DNA of 64,000 nucleotides from Roseburia sp. (GCA_023665905.1 JAMPDA010000002.1:27832-91831), one strand, 5' to 3'; counted from the first letter of the stretch, positions 30,517 through 40,147 are shown. Translations and numbers: made by a program. Notes: generated from the sequence alone by a model not told the origin.

Positions 30517-31632
30517 ATGCGCGACGGGTACGATTATTTGATAGTCGGAAGCGGATTGTTCGGCTCGTGTTTTGCGAGGATCATGACAGAGCGCGGCAAG
30601 CGCTGTGCGGTTTTGGAAAAGCGCGAACGCGTCGGCGGCAACATAGCGACGGAGCAGTGCGAAGGGATAACCGTGCACAAGTTCGGCGCGCATATTTTTC
30701 ACACGAGCGACAAGCGCGTGTGGGATTTCGTCAATCGGTTTGCCGAGTTCAATAATTTTATAAACAGTCCCATAGCGGACTACAAGGGCACGCTGTACAG
30801 CCTGCCTTTTAATATGTACACGTTCAACAGGCTGTGGGGTTGCAAAACGCCCAAAGAAGCGCGCGCCATAATAGACGGTCAGCGCGCGGCGGCGGTGGCG
30901 GCGCTCGGCGGAGAGGAGCCGAAAAACCTCGAAGAAAAAGCGCTGTCGTCCGTCGGCGAGGACGTTTACAGAACGCTCATCAAGGGATACACGGAAAAGC
31001 AGTGGGGAAGGGACTGCAAGTTTTTGCCGCCGTTCATAATCGGGCGCGTGCCGCTTCGGTTTACGTACGACAACAATTATTTCAACGACAGATATCAGGG
31101 CATTCCGATAGGCGGCTACACGCGCATGATAGAAAAAATGCTCGAGGGTGTAGACGTGACGACGGGCGTCGATTACTTTTCCGATAGGGAAAAATTCGAC
31201 GGCGCGGCGAAATGCGTTCTTTACACGGGCGCTATCGACAGATTTTTCGAGTACAGGTACGGCGAGCTGGAGTATCGCTCGTTGCGGTTTGAAACGGAAA
31301 CGCTCGACATGCCCGACTATCAGGGCAATGCGGTCGTCAATTACACCGAGTACGAGGTGCCGTATACGCGCATTATCGAGCACAGGCATTTCGACAAAAC
31401 GCAGCAGTCCGACAAGACGGTGATAACGCGCGAGTATCCCGAAAAGTTCGCGAGCGGTTGCGAGCCGTACTATCCCGTCAACGACGAAAAGAACACCGCG
31501 CTGTACGCTAAGTATGCCGCGGAAGCGAAAAAGACTAAAAATGTGCTGTTCGGCGGGCGGCTCGCCGATTACAAGTATTACGATATGGACGACACGGTGG
31601 CGGCAGTGTTCAAGCTTACCGACGCGCTGTAA
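30517..31632 (+). CDS. glf: UDP-galactopyranose mutase
   Basis: IVGSGLFG, HKFGAHIFHT, YFNDRYQGIP, EPYYP, GRLADYKYYDMD. Confidence 0.98.
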   Translation: MRDGYDYLIVGSGLFGSCFARIMTERGKRCAVLEKRERVGGNIATEQCEGITVHKFGAHIFHTSDKRVWDFVNRFAEFNNFINSPIADYKGTLYSLPFNMYTFNRLWGCKTPKEARAIIDGQRAAAVAALGGEEPKNLEEKALSSVGEDVYRTLIKGYTEKQWGRDCKFLPPFIIGRVPLRFTYDNNYFNDRYQGIPIGGYTRMIEKMLEGVDVTTGVDYFSDREKFDGAAKCVLYTGAIDRFFEYRYGELEYRSLRFETETLDMPDYQGNAVVNYTEYEVPYTRIIEHRHFDKTQQSDKTVITREYPEKFASGCEPYYPVNDEKNTALYAKYAAEAKKTKNVLFGGRLADYKYYDMDDTVAAVFKLTDAL

Positions 31633-31637
31633 ACGGC

Positions 31638-32315
31638 ATGGACAGAGAACTGTTTTCCGCGCTTGACGGATATATGCGGTCGTGCATGGGCGACTCCGCG
31701 CACGACGTGGAGCACGTGTATCGGGTGCTCTATTATGCGCTCGATATAGCCGAGCACGAGCAGGGCGTCGATCTCGACGTGCTTATTTGCGCGTGCATGC
31801 TTCACGATATCGGGCGCAAAGAACAGTTCGACGACCCGTCGCTCTGCCACGCGGAGGTCGGCGGCGACAAGGCGTACGCGTTTTTGACGGCGCGTGGCTT
31901 TCCCGAAAGCTTTGCGGAAAGCGTCCGCGCCTGCATACGCTCGCACAGGTTTCGGAAAGACAGAGCGCCTGCCGGCACGGAAGCGAAAATACTGTTCGAC
32001 GCGGACAAGCTGGACGTGACGGGCGCGGTCGGCATTGCGCGCACGCTCGTGTACAGGGGAGATGTCAACGAGCCGCTGTACACGCTCGACGAACAGGGAA
32101 TGCCGTCGAACGGCGTCGGCGATACGCGCCCGTCGTTCTTTTCCGAGTATCATTACAAGCTGGAAAAGCTCTACGATAAGTTTTACACCGAGCGCGGAAA
32201 GGAGCTTGCCGCACTGCGCAGACCCTGTGCGGCGGCGTTTTACGACAGTCTGTACGCCGAAGTGAGCTCCGCGTACTCGACGGGCAAAGCGCTTTTGAAA
32301 AAAGCTATCGAGTAG
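31638..32315 (+). CDS. HD-domain metal-dependent phosphohydrolase
   Basis: AHDVEHVYRV, MLHDIGR, FDADKLD motifs. Confidence 0.9.
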   Translation: MDRELFSALDGYMRSCMGDSAHDVEHVYRVLYYALDIAEHEQGVDLDVLICACMLHDIGRKEQFDDPSLCHAEVGGDKAYAFLTARGFPESFAESVRACIRSHRFRKDRAPAGTEAKILFDADKLDVTGAVGIARTLVYRGDVNEPLYTLDEQGMPSNGVGDTRPSFFSEYHYKLEKLYDKFYTERGKELAALRRPCAAAFYDSLYAEVSSAYSTGKALLKKAIE

Positions 32316-32423
32316 TGCAAGTGCGGCGTATCGGCGCCGCATTTTTGCGTTTTTTGCGGTTTTTCGGCGCGCAAAAAGGGATAAGAGCGCGCGATATGTT
32401 CTCTCTCAATATAATTTAAGTAC

Positions 32424-32452
32424 TTGACAAAATATGACATGACGTATATAAT
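32424..32452 (+). promoter_or_regulatory. consensus sigma-A promoter of the large surface protein gene
   Basis: TTGACA-17 bp-TATAAT, followed by a ~90-nt leader with a TGCCGTA/TACGGCA stem. Confidence 0.8.
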
Positions 32453-32543
32453 ATTATATACCGTTGCCGTATCTGTTCGACGGATATAAATATCGCGGTC
32501 AAAGTTACGGCATTTGTATTCATATGAAGACAAGGAGAAATGT

Positions 32544-35500
32544 ATGAGAACCAAATTGTTTTCGCGCCGACGCGTCTTAGCATTTTTTGCGATGACAATT
32601 TTACTGTGCGCCGCGGCGTTTTTCGCGCTGTTCGCTCCCGATAAAAAAGCGGAAGCGGCGGACAATCACACCACTATATTGGGTGCGAACACCGCGATTT
32701 CTTCGGGCGGCAGTTACTATCTCAACGCCGACATTACGCGGAACATCACGGTAAGCTCCGGCACGGTCAATATCTGCCTCAACGGGCACACGCTCACCGG
32801 CACGGGCACGTCGAGCGTTATTACCGTCGGCAGCGGTGCGACGCTCAATCTGTATGACTGCTCGGACGACCATACCGGCGAGATCACAGGCGGTCACGGC
32901 ACGGGCACGACTACAACGCTCGGCGGCGGCTTACACGTTACGGGCACGCTCAATATCTACGGCGGCAATATCACCGGAAATACCGCGTCGTACGGCGGCG
33001 GAATACAGGCCGATGACGGCGCAGTTATCACCATGTACGGCGGCACGATATCGGGAAATACGGCGACCGGCGACGGCGCGGGCGTAAACGCTTCCGGCGG
33101 CGGCACGGGCAGTACGTTCACTTTAAAGGACGGCGAAATAAGCGGCAATACGGCGACCGGCAACGGCGGCGGCATACATATGTCGTATAACGGAAAAGTC
33201 GTTCTTGAAGGCGGCACGATATCTGGCAACACCGCAGGCTCTAACGGCGGCGGCATAAATTACGCGTCTAATGATAGCGATTCGCTCAGCGTTAAAGGCG
33301 CGCCGGTCGTGTATGGGAACACCAATTCCACAGACTCCTCGGCAAGTAACGTATATATCGCGTCCGGCAAATACATAAAAGTCGCCGGCGCGCTTACTGC
33401 CGGCGCCAAGATCGGCGTTTCCGCGGCAGGCACGGGCGTAGCCACGGGATACAACACCTACAACAGCGGCGTTTCGCCGTCCGAGTATTTCTCGTCGGAC
33501 AGCTCGACGCTCGCAATAACGACGGCGTCGGGGAACGTCGTTCTTCAAACCGTGACGAGCACGGACGTTACGGCTTTCTCCAACCGCACTTGGCGCGCAA
33601 ACGGCGCGTCGAATCTCGCCGGCGGCACGTTGTATGTCTATGCGAACGGCAGTGACGAAAAGGTGTACACCGCGCAACAGGCTACCGCGCCTGCGGGATA
33701 CACATATTCGGGCACGCGTGCGGTCACGGCTTCGGCAGCGACATATACGGGCAGCGCGATCACGGTTGCCGTTGCGAGCAATGCCGCGCAGGACGCGTAT
33801 TATACGATAGGGACTTATTCGGGCAACACGGGAACGGAAGTAGGCAAGTACACTGCGACCGTCGTGCTTACCGCAAAGAGCGGAATGCAGTTTATCAACG
33901 GCGCGAACACCACTTCGCTCAACTATATCGATACGGCGAGCGGACTCAGCGTGGATATAGCTCCCGACCGACTGACCGCTACCGTCACAAAGGTTTGGTA
34001 CATCGTCGGGACTAGCGGCGAAAGCAACGCGCTTTTGGCGCCGACGAGCGCGTCGGGCGTCGCTACGGCTTACACCGTAGACGATTGGACGTACGGCGAT
34101 AACAGCGCGCCTGCCGTGCCGCGGCTCAAGTACGGCGACGACGGCGCGAGCTGGGATAGCGCGCAAAACGTACGCTTCTCGCTCAGGTACGGCTCGGACC
34201 CGATAGCCAGCACGTTCTATAAAGAAAACTTCACGTATTACATAAATAAATCCATGCCTGCCGGCACGTACACCTTGACGGTGAGCGCCGATGCGGTCAC
34301 GACCGCGTCCGGCACCGCTTGGTGGGGAGGCGCGGCGGCGGCGGTCGGCGTTTACAACGACGAGTACACGTTCACCGTAAATCCGGCGACGATTACGCTC
34401 GCACTCGGCACGCCGACGGCGGACGGATATATGAGCTGCTCCTGGCAGTACGACGCCGAAGATAAGGGTGCGTTCTTCGCCGAGTTTGAAACAAGGCTCA
34501 ATACGCCGGGCGTTCTGAGCTCCGTTTCGGTCACTCGCGAGGGATATTGGGCGACGTCCGTCGCCGACGGGTACTTCGGCGATTATGAATTTAAGTACAA
34601 TTTCACGCGCTTGCACAGCAGTGAATATTTGGCTTCGAGCTCGGGCGGGATCCGCGACAACATAACCTACGGCGCAAACGGAACGTATCGTGTGTACTTC
34701 CGCGTGGAAAAGCCCAATCATGCGCCGACGTCCACGGATAACTTCTACACCGTAACGGTGTACAAGTCGGTCAGCGCGCCCGTAGTGCCGGCGGTGGTGT
34801 ACACCGGTCAGCGCGTCACGCCCAACGTTCCCGCGGACGCAGACGCGGCGTGGACGGTAACCTACGACAGCGGCGACGCTTATACGATAGGCGGCACGCA
34901 CTACATAAGCGTCACTCTCAACGACAGCGAGCATTATCGCTGGGCGCAGGGCACGTCCGTGCTCCCCACGGACAGCGCGACGGCGCGCGTGACGTTCACG
35001 ATATCAAAAGCCGCGAACGTGTGGAAGCAGACGCCCAACATCGTCGGCTGGGACTACGGCACGTTCAAAAAGGACGTCAATAAGCTTCAGGGCGTTCCGC
35101 AATATCTCGACGACGGGCAGAGCGTGCATTTCGGCGTGGCGACAAACGCTAACGGCACGTCGTACGTACAGGGTCTTGACGACTTTACCGCGGTCGAAGG
35201 CGTCGTGTCGGATCAAATCGCGACGCTGTTGAACGGACTTAAGTCGGGCAAATACTATCTGATAACGCGCGTCATCGAAACCGCCAATTATCAGGGCATC
35301 TCGTCGCAGGCGGTGGAGTTTGAAGTATCGCCTGCCGCCAATTCCTGGAACACCCAGCCCACCATTGCGACCTGGGTAAAGGGCAGCTACGATTCGGAAA
35401 CCAATGCGGTCGTATTCGACGCGCGCTACGGCAACGACAATGTCATAATACTTATCAGGGACAACGACGGCAAGGTGTATTACAACTCCGTCACGGGAAC

Positions 35501-36506
35501 GAACGATCTCGATTCCGCGCCGGCAGGCTCGTACATTCTTATAGCGAATATCGCAGGCTGCGGCGATTACGAGGGATTGGATTACTCGATCTCCTTCCGC
35601 ATATTTGAAAAGCCGGGCTTGCCTTGGTGGGTGATACTGCTCATCGTTCTCGGCATACTGCTCGTCATATTCCTCGTAGTGCTTATACTCTATAAGAAGG
35701 GCGTGCTCCAGCTCGTCACCGAAAAAATGGTCGTCGCCATTCGCACTCGCGCCGATTCCGACGCGACAATTGCGGCGGTCAGGGCAGGCAAGATAGCCGC
35801 CGAGGCGGAACGCGCCGCCGAAGCCGCGCGTATTGCCGAAGCCGCGCTCGCCGTGGACGACGAAACGGCGGACGCCGAGGAGGCTCAGCCCGAAGTCGCC
35901 GACGAGAACGAGGAAACCGTGGCGTACGAAGCGGAGGAGGGCGACGCGGAAGTTCCCTCGTCCGAGGGCTTCAAAAAGGCGTTCGCGGCAGGCTCCGCCG
36001 GTCAAGTCAAGTACGGCAAAACCGTGCTGTCCAAGCTGATCGACGCGCCCGACGCAGTAAAGGTCAGATATTCCGACCTCAAGAACTACCTGCTTTCCTA
36101 CAAAAAGGCGCGCGCCAATATGAGCCGCGCTCGCGAAAGCTTCTATATCGGCAGAAAGTGCTATGCGCGCATAGTCATGCGCGGAAAGACGCTGTGCCTG
36201 TATCTCGCCGACGATCCGCAGAAGTACGAGGGCACGAAGTACAGCGTCGAGAACGCGTCCGCGGTCAAGACGTATGCGGACACTCCGTTGCTATTCCGTA
36301 TACGCAGCGGCAGAGCGCTCAAGTACGCAAAAGAGCTCGTAGACGAGCTCATGCCGACAATCGATGCAGTCAAGATCGAGCGCAAGCCCGAGGACTATGC
36401 GGCGCTGTTCCAGAGCATAGAATTGCTGCAAAAGAAAAAGCTCATAAGCTACGACGGCAAAAAACAACGGGCTGACGCGCCCAAAGGAGATGACGGCAAT
36501 GTCTAA
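32544..36506 (+). CDS. large cell-surface protein: signal peptide, beta-helix repeats, Ig-like stalk, TM helix, cytoplasmic domain
   Basis: Repeated GGxIxGNxA...GGG motifs; TM PWWVILLIVLGILLVIFLVVLILY; ~250 aa after the TM; start after AAGGAG. Confidence 0.85.
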   Translation: MRTKLFSRRRVLAFFAMTILLCAAAFFALFAPDKKAEAADNHTTILGANTAISSGGSYYLNADITRNITVSSGTVNICLNGHTLTGTGTSSVITVGSGATLNLYDCSDDHTGEITGGHGTGTTTTLGGGLHVTGTLNIYGGNITGNTASYGGGIQADDGAVITMYGGTISGNTATGDGAGVNASGGGTGSTFTLKDGEISGNTATGNGGGIHMSYNGKVVLEGGTISGNTAGSNGGGINYASNDSDSLSVKGAPVVYGNTNSTDSSASNVYIASGKYIKVAGALTAGAKIGVSAAGTGVATGYNTYNSGVSPSEYFSSDSSTLAITTASGNVVLQTVTSTDVTAFSNRTWRANGASNLAGGTLYVYANGSDEKVYTAQQATAPAGYTYSGTRAVTASAATYTGSAITVAVASNAAQDAYYTIGTYSGNTGTEVGKYTATVVLTAKSGMQFINGANTTSLNYIDTASGLSVDIAPDRLTATVTKVWYIVGTSGESNALLAPTSASGVATAYTVDDWTYGDNSAPAVPRLKYGDDGASWDSAQNVRFSLRYGSDPIASTFYKENFTYYINKSMPAGTYTLTVSADAVTTASGTAWWGGAAAAVGVYNDEYTFTVNPATITLALGTPTADGYMSCSWQYDAEDKGAFFAEFETRLNTPGVLSSVSVTREGYWATSVADGYFGDYEFKYNFTRLHSSEYLASSSGGIRDNITYGANGTYRVYFRVEKPNHAPTSTDNFYTVTVYKSVSAPVVPAVVYTGQRVTPNVPADADAAWTVTYDSGDAYTIGGTHYISVTLNDSEHYRWAQGTSVLPTDSATARVTFTISKAANVWKQTPNIVGWDYGTFKKDVNKLQGVPQYLDDGQSVHFGVATNANGTSYVQGLDDFTAVEGVVSDQIATLLNGLKSGKYYLITRVIETANYQGISSQAVEFEVSPAANSWNTQPTIATWVKGSYDSETNAVVFDARYGNDNVIILIRDNDGKVYYNSVTGTNDLDSAPAGSYILIANIAGCGDYEGLDYSISFRIFEKPGLPWWVILLIVLGILLVIFLVVLILYKKGVLQLVTEKMVVAIRTRADSDATIAAVRAGKIAAEAERAAEAARIAEAALAVDDETADAEEAQPEVADENEETVAYEAEEGDAEVPSSEGFKKAFAAGSAGQVKYGKTVLSKLIDAPDAVKVRYSDLKNYLLSYKKARANMSRARESFYIGRKCYARIVMRGKTLCLYLADDPQKYEGTKYSVENASAVKTYADTPLLFRIRSGRALKYAKELVDELMPTIDAVKIERKPEDYAALFQSIELLQKKKLISYDGKKQRADAPKGDDGNV

Positions 36507-36726
36507 AAAAAGAGAAATAGCAAAAGAACTGCGACTGATCGAGGAAGAGATTAAAAGCTTGGAAATAAAGCGGTCGCGGTCGCAGGCGGCGCTCATTGAA
36601 GCGCTCATCAGCAAGACCGAGCCCAATACGGACGACATCGCGTACTTCCGCGCCTTTACCGCGCAGATCGACGTCAAGCGCGATCAGCTTAAAAAGAAGA
36701 CAAGAGAGCTCGAAGACTTGATTTAA
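36499..36726 (+). CDS. small helical/coiled-coil hypothetical protein coupled to the surface protein gene
   Basis: AAAGGAG RBS, overlaps the end of the upstream gene, host-like codon usage. Confidence 0.7.
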   Translation: MSKKREIAKELRLIEEEIKSLEIKRSRSQAALIEALISKTEPNTDDIAYFRAFTAQIDVKRDQLKKKTRELEDLI

Positions 36727-36855
36727 CGCACGCGTCACTATCGGCGACGTATGCATCGCGTGACCAATAAAGCCGACAAGCGCTTATCGGCGCTTGTCGC
36801 TTTATCGCGTTTTGCGGAGGGTTTTTGCACAAAACGAGAAATCGCGCCAAAAGGT

Positions 36856-36884
36856 TTGACAAAGCTTTTCAATAATGCTATAAT
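36856..36884 (+). promoter_or_regulatory. sigma-A promoter of the tRNA-Gly/tRNA-Pro operon
   Basis: TTGACA-17 bp-TATAAT with extended TG. Confidence 0.85.
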
Positions 36885-36895
36885 TTGTTGGCATT

Positions 36896-36970
36896 GCGGA
36901 AATGGCTCAATGGTAGAGCAGTAGCTTCCCAAGCTGAAGGTTGCGGGTTCGATTCCCGTTTTCCGCTCCA
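36896..36970 (+). tRNA. tRNA-Gly(CCC)
   Basis: Acceptor GCGGAAA/TTTCCGC, anticodon loop TTCCCAA, GGTTCGATTCC T-arm, TCCA end. Confidence 0.97.
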
Positions 36971-36998
36971 AAAGGAAGTCGGAGTTCCGCTTCCGTAT

Positions 36999-37074
36999 CG
37001 AGGTGTAGCGCAGTTGGTAGCGCGCATGGTTCGGGACCATGAGGCCGCGAGTTCGAGTCTCGCCACTTCGACCA
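36999..37074 (+). tRNA. tRNA-Pro(CGG), integration target
   Basis: Acceptor CGAGGTG/CACTTCG, CATGG-TTCGGGA-CCATG anticodon arm, ACCA end. Confidence 0.97.
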
Positions 37075-37076
37075 CA
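37030..37076 (+). repeat. att core, left copy (3' part of tRNA-Pro from the anticodon loop)
   Basis: TTCGGGACCATGAGGCCGCGAGTTCGAGTCTCGCCACTTCGACCACA identical to 48010-48056. Confidence 0.95.
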
Positions 37077-37123
37077 TAGGGCGCTTGCCCGACCTAAGGA
37101 CCGTTCGACCGCGAACGGTCTTT

Positions 37124-38029
37124 TTAATTGCGCGGCTCGAGAACAGCATTGAGCTTTGCCGCTTCGCGCAGACTGTAGTCGATACTTACATCGCTGTATA
37201 TGTCCGCAGTGGTGGCGATCTCCGAATGTCCGAGCCAGGTCTGCACGACTTTCATCGGGATATCCGCCTCCAGGGCACGTGTCGCGAACGTATGTCGCAG
37301 GTCGTGCAGTGTATGGTTGGCGCAGTATTTTTTAAAGTTCTTTGATACGTAATCCGGTTGAAAGGGGAACAGCGCGCCGGTGTTCGGAAGCTCCGGCAAA
37401 AGCCGTTGTATGCCGTCGAATATCGGGATATACCGGTCGGATAGAACCGTCTTAGTGCCGCGAATGTGAATGACGTGCTTTTGCTCGTCGATGTCCTCGC
37501 GGTGAACGGCGAGCGCTTCGTTGCGGCGACATCCGGAATACAGGCAGAACAGATAATAATGCTCGAGCTTAGCTCCGTGTATCGCACGCATGAATTCGGA
37601 TTGTTCCTCGAGCGTCAGCGCTGTTCCTTTGTGTCGCTTCGCCTTGCAGCTCTTGATCTTCGACATCGGGTTATACTCGATCAACTGCTCTGCGACCGCT
37701 TGCCGGAACGCGCCGGAAAGCAAATTGTGCACACTTTCGCGCGTGCGCGGAGCCGGAATAGCGTTCAACACTTTCTGAATATCCATAGGTCGAACGTCCT
37801 TAAGCGGCAGGTCGTCGGGCAGGTTTGGAGCAATGTGCAGACGAATATTTCGCCTCATTTGCTTGAACGTTTCCGGCGCGACAGTGTTACTCTTGTAGAC
37901 GTCTATAAACGCACACAACCAGGCAAGCAGCGTCATTCCTTGCGTCGCCGGCTGTATGTCGGTGAGCCTGCCGAGCGCGCGTAGCGCTTCATCGAGCATA
38001 TGAAAAATGTCGGATAGTTCGTCGTTCAT
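37124..38029 (-). CDS. tyrosine recombinase (integrase)
   Basis: SGCRRNE (R), GTKT (K), HDLRH (HxxR), LGH and ADIY (Y) catalytic residues; adjacent to att. Confidence 0.96.
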   Translation of the reverse strand: MNDELSDIFHMLDEALRALGRLTDIQPATQGMTLLAWLCAFIDVYKSNTVAPETFKQMRRNIRLHIAPNLPDDLPLKDVRPMDIQKVLNAIPAPRTRESVHNLLSGAFRQAVAEQLIEYNPMSKIKSCKAKRHKGTALTLEEQSEFMRAIHGAKLEHYYLFCLYSGCRRNEALAVHREDIDEQKHVIHIRGTKTVLSDRYIPIFDGIQRLLPELPNTGALFPFQPDYVSKNFKKYCANHTLHDLRHTFATRALEADIPMKVVQTWLGHSEIATTADIYSDVSIDYSLREAAKLNAVLEPRN

Positions 38030-38037
38030 TACACACC

Positions 38038-38070
38038 ATTATATATAAGAATACTTATTTTGTCAATAAG
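38038..38070 (-). promoter_or_regulatory. consensus promoter of the integrase with overlapping palindromic operator
   Basis: Minus strand TTGACA(38066-38061)-17 bp-TATAAT(38043-38038), 8 nt before ATG; CTTATT-N5-AATAAG palindrome at 38054-38070. Confidence 0.75.
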
Positions 38071-38098
38071 TTTTCTTATAATTTGCTATAATTATATT

Positions 38099-38350
38099 AT
38101 GAATTTTGCTTGCAAAATAAAAGAGTTGCGGTTAGAGGCGCATATAACTCAAAAAGAACTTGCAAAACAACTCGGTTGTACTCAACCTATGATTACACTA
38201 TGGGAAAAAGGGGAATGTGAACCGACGGAAAGCGTAATACGAAAAACGGCTTTATTTTTCAACGTTTCCGCCGATTACTTACTCGGCCTTGAAGATGAAA
38301 ATGGTGTAAAGACCTATTGCAACATATACAACAATTACGGCACCCATTAG
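38099..38350 (+). CDS. XRE/Cro-C1-type HTH repressor
   Basis: IKELR...TQKELAKQLGCTQ..I..WEKG..EP...FNVSADYLLG; divergent from integrase; start re-called at MNFACK. Confidence 0.93.
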   Translation: MNFACKIKELRLEAHITQKELAKQLGCTQPMITLWEKGECEPTESVIRKTALFFNVSADYLLGLEDENGVKTYCNIYNNYGTH

Positions 38351-38383
38351 GGCGACGTAAAATTCTAACATCGGGAGAAGACT

Positions 38384-39496
38384 ATGGCATCCAAAACTTG
38401 TGCTATATGCGGAAAACCAAGCGGAATGTACCCATTGTGCAATAATTGTTTTAAACTTCGGGATGAAGGAAAAATAAAAAAATGTCCGAAATGTGGAACA
38501 TGGCATTTATCAGAAAATGAATGTACATGTGGATATAAAATATATCATACTGAATTTCCTAAACAAGGTTTTGATAACTGTGTAATATGTGGAAATAAAT
38601 CGAATGGATATGCATTCTGCAAAGATTGTTGGAACAAATTTTCTTTTGATGAGGATGGTTTATTAGATACTCTGAATAATTATGAAAACGAGAAGAACAC
38701 CGGCAATACTTCTAAAGAAAGTATTAGTCTGTCGCAAACTAAAGTAATGGAAAAATTTACTAATTGTATAGTCTGTAATGAAAACTCCAATGGATATTCG
38801 CAATGTAGAAATTGCTATAATGAAACATTAAATTTTAAAGATTCATTTGATAAAAACACTCGAGCTTTTGAATTTAGAGACTATTATTTCAATCTTAAAA
38901 GCAACATAATGAGAATACGGGAATTTATAAAAGTACAAGAAAACTGCAACAAACTGATGGCAATAGCTCTAATAAATGCAGAACAAAATAACGATAACAC
39001 ACTAAAAGATAGAGTAATTGAAGATATTCAAGATATAATAAAAAAAAGAAAACCCTTAACGACAGATAAAGTTTCAGAATACACACAAAAACAAGATTCA
39101 CAAAAAGAATATATTAAAAGGACTTTAGATGGTCATATTGTAAAAAGCGATGCCGAAGTAATCATTGACGATATTCTCTATAATTTAAGAATACCCCACT
39201 GTTATGAAAAAAGAGTAAGTGAAATAAATGATGAGGAACGAACCATAATGTGTGATTGGTTTATTCCCATTGAAAGTAATAGTAAAGGGATTTATATCGA
39301 GTATTGGGGAATGGACACAGACAAATATATTCAAAACAAAAAAGAAAAGAAAAATCTTTATAAAGTCAACGATATCCCGCTTTTAGAAATTGAAAAGGAT
39401 GAAATAAAATCCGATTCACAAGGATTGCAAGATAGAATACGAATCGAATTAAATAAAATCGCAAGAAAATATTACCGAATTAAAAATAAATTTTAA
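38384..39496 (+). CDS. AT-rich cargo protein: repeated Zn-finger modules plus putative PD-(D/E)XK/DUF559-like nuclease domain
   Basis: Three CxxC-x7-8-CxxC modules plus CPKC...CTC; C-terminal VKSDAE..IDDIL...YEK...CDW...IYIEYWG pattern. Confidence 0.7.
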   Translation: MASKTCAICGKPSGMYPLCNNCFKLRDEGKIKKCPKCGTWHLSENECTCGYKIYHTEFPKQGFDNCVICGNKSNGYAFCKDCWNKFSFDEDGLLDTLNNYENEKNTGNTSKESISLSQTKVMEKFTNCIVCNENSNGYSQCRNCYNETLNFKDSFDKNTRAFEFRDYYFNLKSNIMRIREFIKVQENCNKLMAIALINAEQNNDNTLKDRVIEDIQDIIKKRKPLTTDKVSEYTQKQDSQKEYIKRTLDGHIVKSDAEVIIDDILYNLRIPHCYEKRVSEINDEERTIMCDWFIPIESNSKGIYIEYWGMDTDKYIQNKKEKKNLYKVNDIPLLEIEKDEIKSDSQGLQDRIRIELNKIARKYYRIKNKF

Positions 39497-39570
39497 GCGA
39501 CGACTTATTCACTCCGGTAAATGACACCGTTTGATGTTGCGCATACTCGCCAACTATAACATAATCGCAC

Positions 39571-39599
39571 TTGACAGCCCGCAAATCCTATGCTATACT
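39571..39599 (+). promoter_or_regulatory. promoter of the Phd-YoeB operon
   Basis: TTGACA-17 bp-TATACT with extended TG; near-identical copy at 48263-48291. Confidence 0.85.
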
Positions 39600-39627
39600 T
39601 GCATATACTGTAAAGGAGATGAAAACC

Positions 39628-39885
39628 ATGCCTGTTGCAAGTAAAAAAGATTTTTCCAACAATCTGTCCGATTATCTTAGTGCAGTAATTTCGCGTGGCG
39701 AAAAAATCCAAGTAACGACCGATGAAGGCGGCGCGATCGTTATGTCGGCAGACGAATATAACAATTTAATGGAAACGCTATATCTATACAGTATCCCCGG
39801 CATGAAAGAAAAAATCGAGAACGGTATCAATACAGACTTATCCGACTGCGTTGACTTCGATTGGCGTAAGGAACTCAAAGACTGA
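39628..39885 (+). CDS. Phd/YefM-family antitoxin
   Basis: F..NLSDYL..V...E...VT...G.AIVMSADEYNNLMETLYL pattern; AAGGAG RBS; overlaps the toxin start. Confidence 0.9.
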   Translation: MPVASKKDFSNNLSDYLSAVISRGEKIQVTTDEGGAIVMSADEYNNLMETLYLYSIPGMKEKIENGINTDLSDCVDFDWRKELKD

Positions 39886-40142
39886 TGTATCGGATAGTAA
39901 GAACGCGCAAAGCGGAAAAGGATATCGAACTTCTGAAAAGTTCGCATTTGAACAATAAAGCTATGGCGTTATTGGAAATCATCGAGAGAAATCCGTACGA
40001 ACGTCCTGTAGAAAAGCTAATAAATTTAAACAACACATATTCAAAAAGGATCAACGGAAAACACCGGCTTGTATATGAAGTATTCGAAGATATAAAAACA
40101 ATTAAAGTAATAAGTTTATGGGGACACTACGACGATAATTAA
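39885..40142 (+). CDS. Txe/YoeB-family toxin
   Basis: YSKRINGKHRLVYEV...IKVISLWGHY. Confidence 0.93.
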   Translation: MYRIVRTRKAEKDIELLKSSHLNNKAMALLEIIERNPYERPVEKLINLNNTYSKRINGKHRLVYEVFEDIKTIKVISLWGHYDDN

Positions 40143-40147
40143 TAAAC

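Noticed and set aside
28988-31389. 467-aa and 412-aa minus-strand ORFs
   Set aside because: Shadows of the GT2 and glf genes.
32460-32515. Known riboswitch in the surface-protein leader
   Set aside because: It forms hairpins, but I could not match conserved motifs of c-di-GMP, T-box, SAM, TPP or other known classes by eye; an Rfam search would be needed.
33123-36005. 603-aa and 333-aa minus-strand ORFs
   Set aside because: Shadows of the large surface protein gene; no RBS or motifs.
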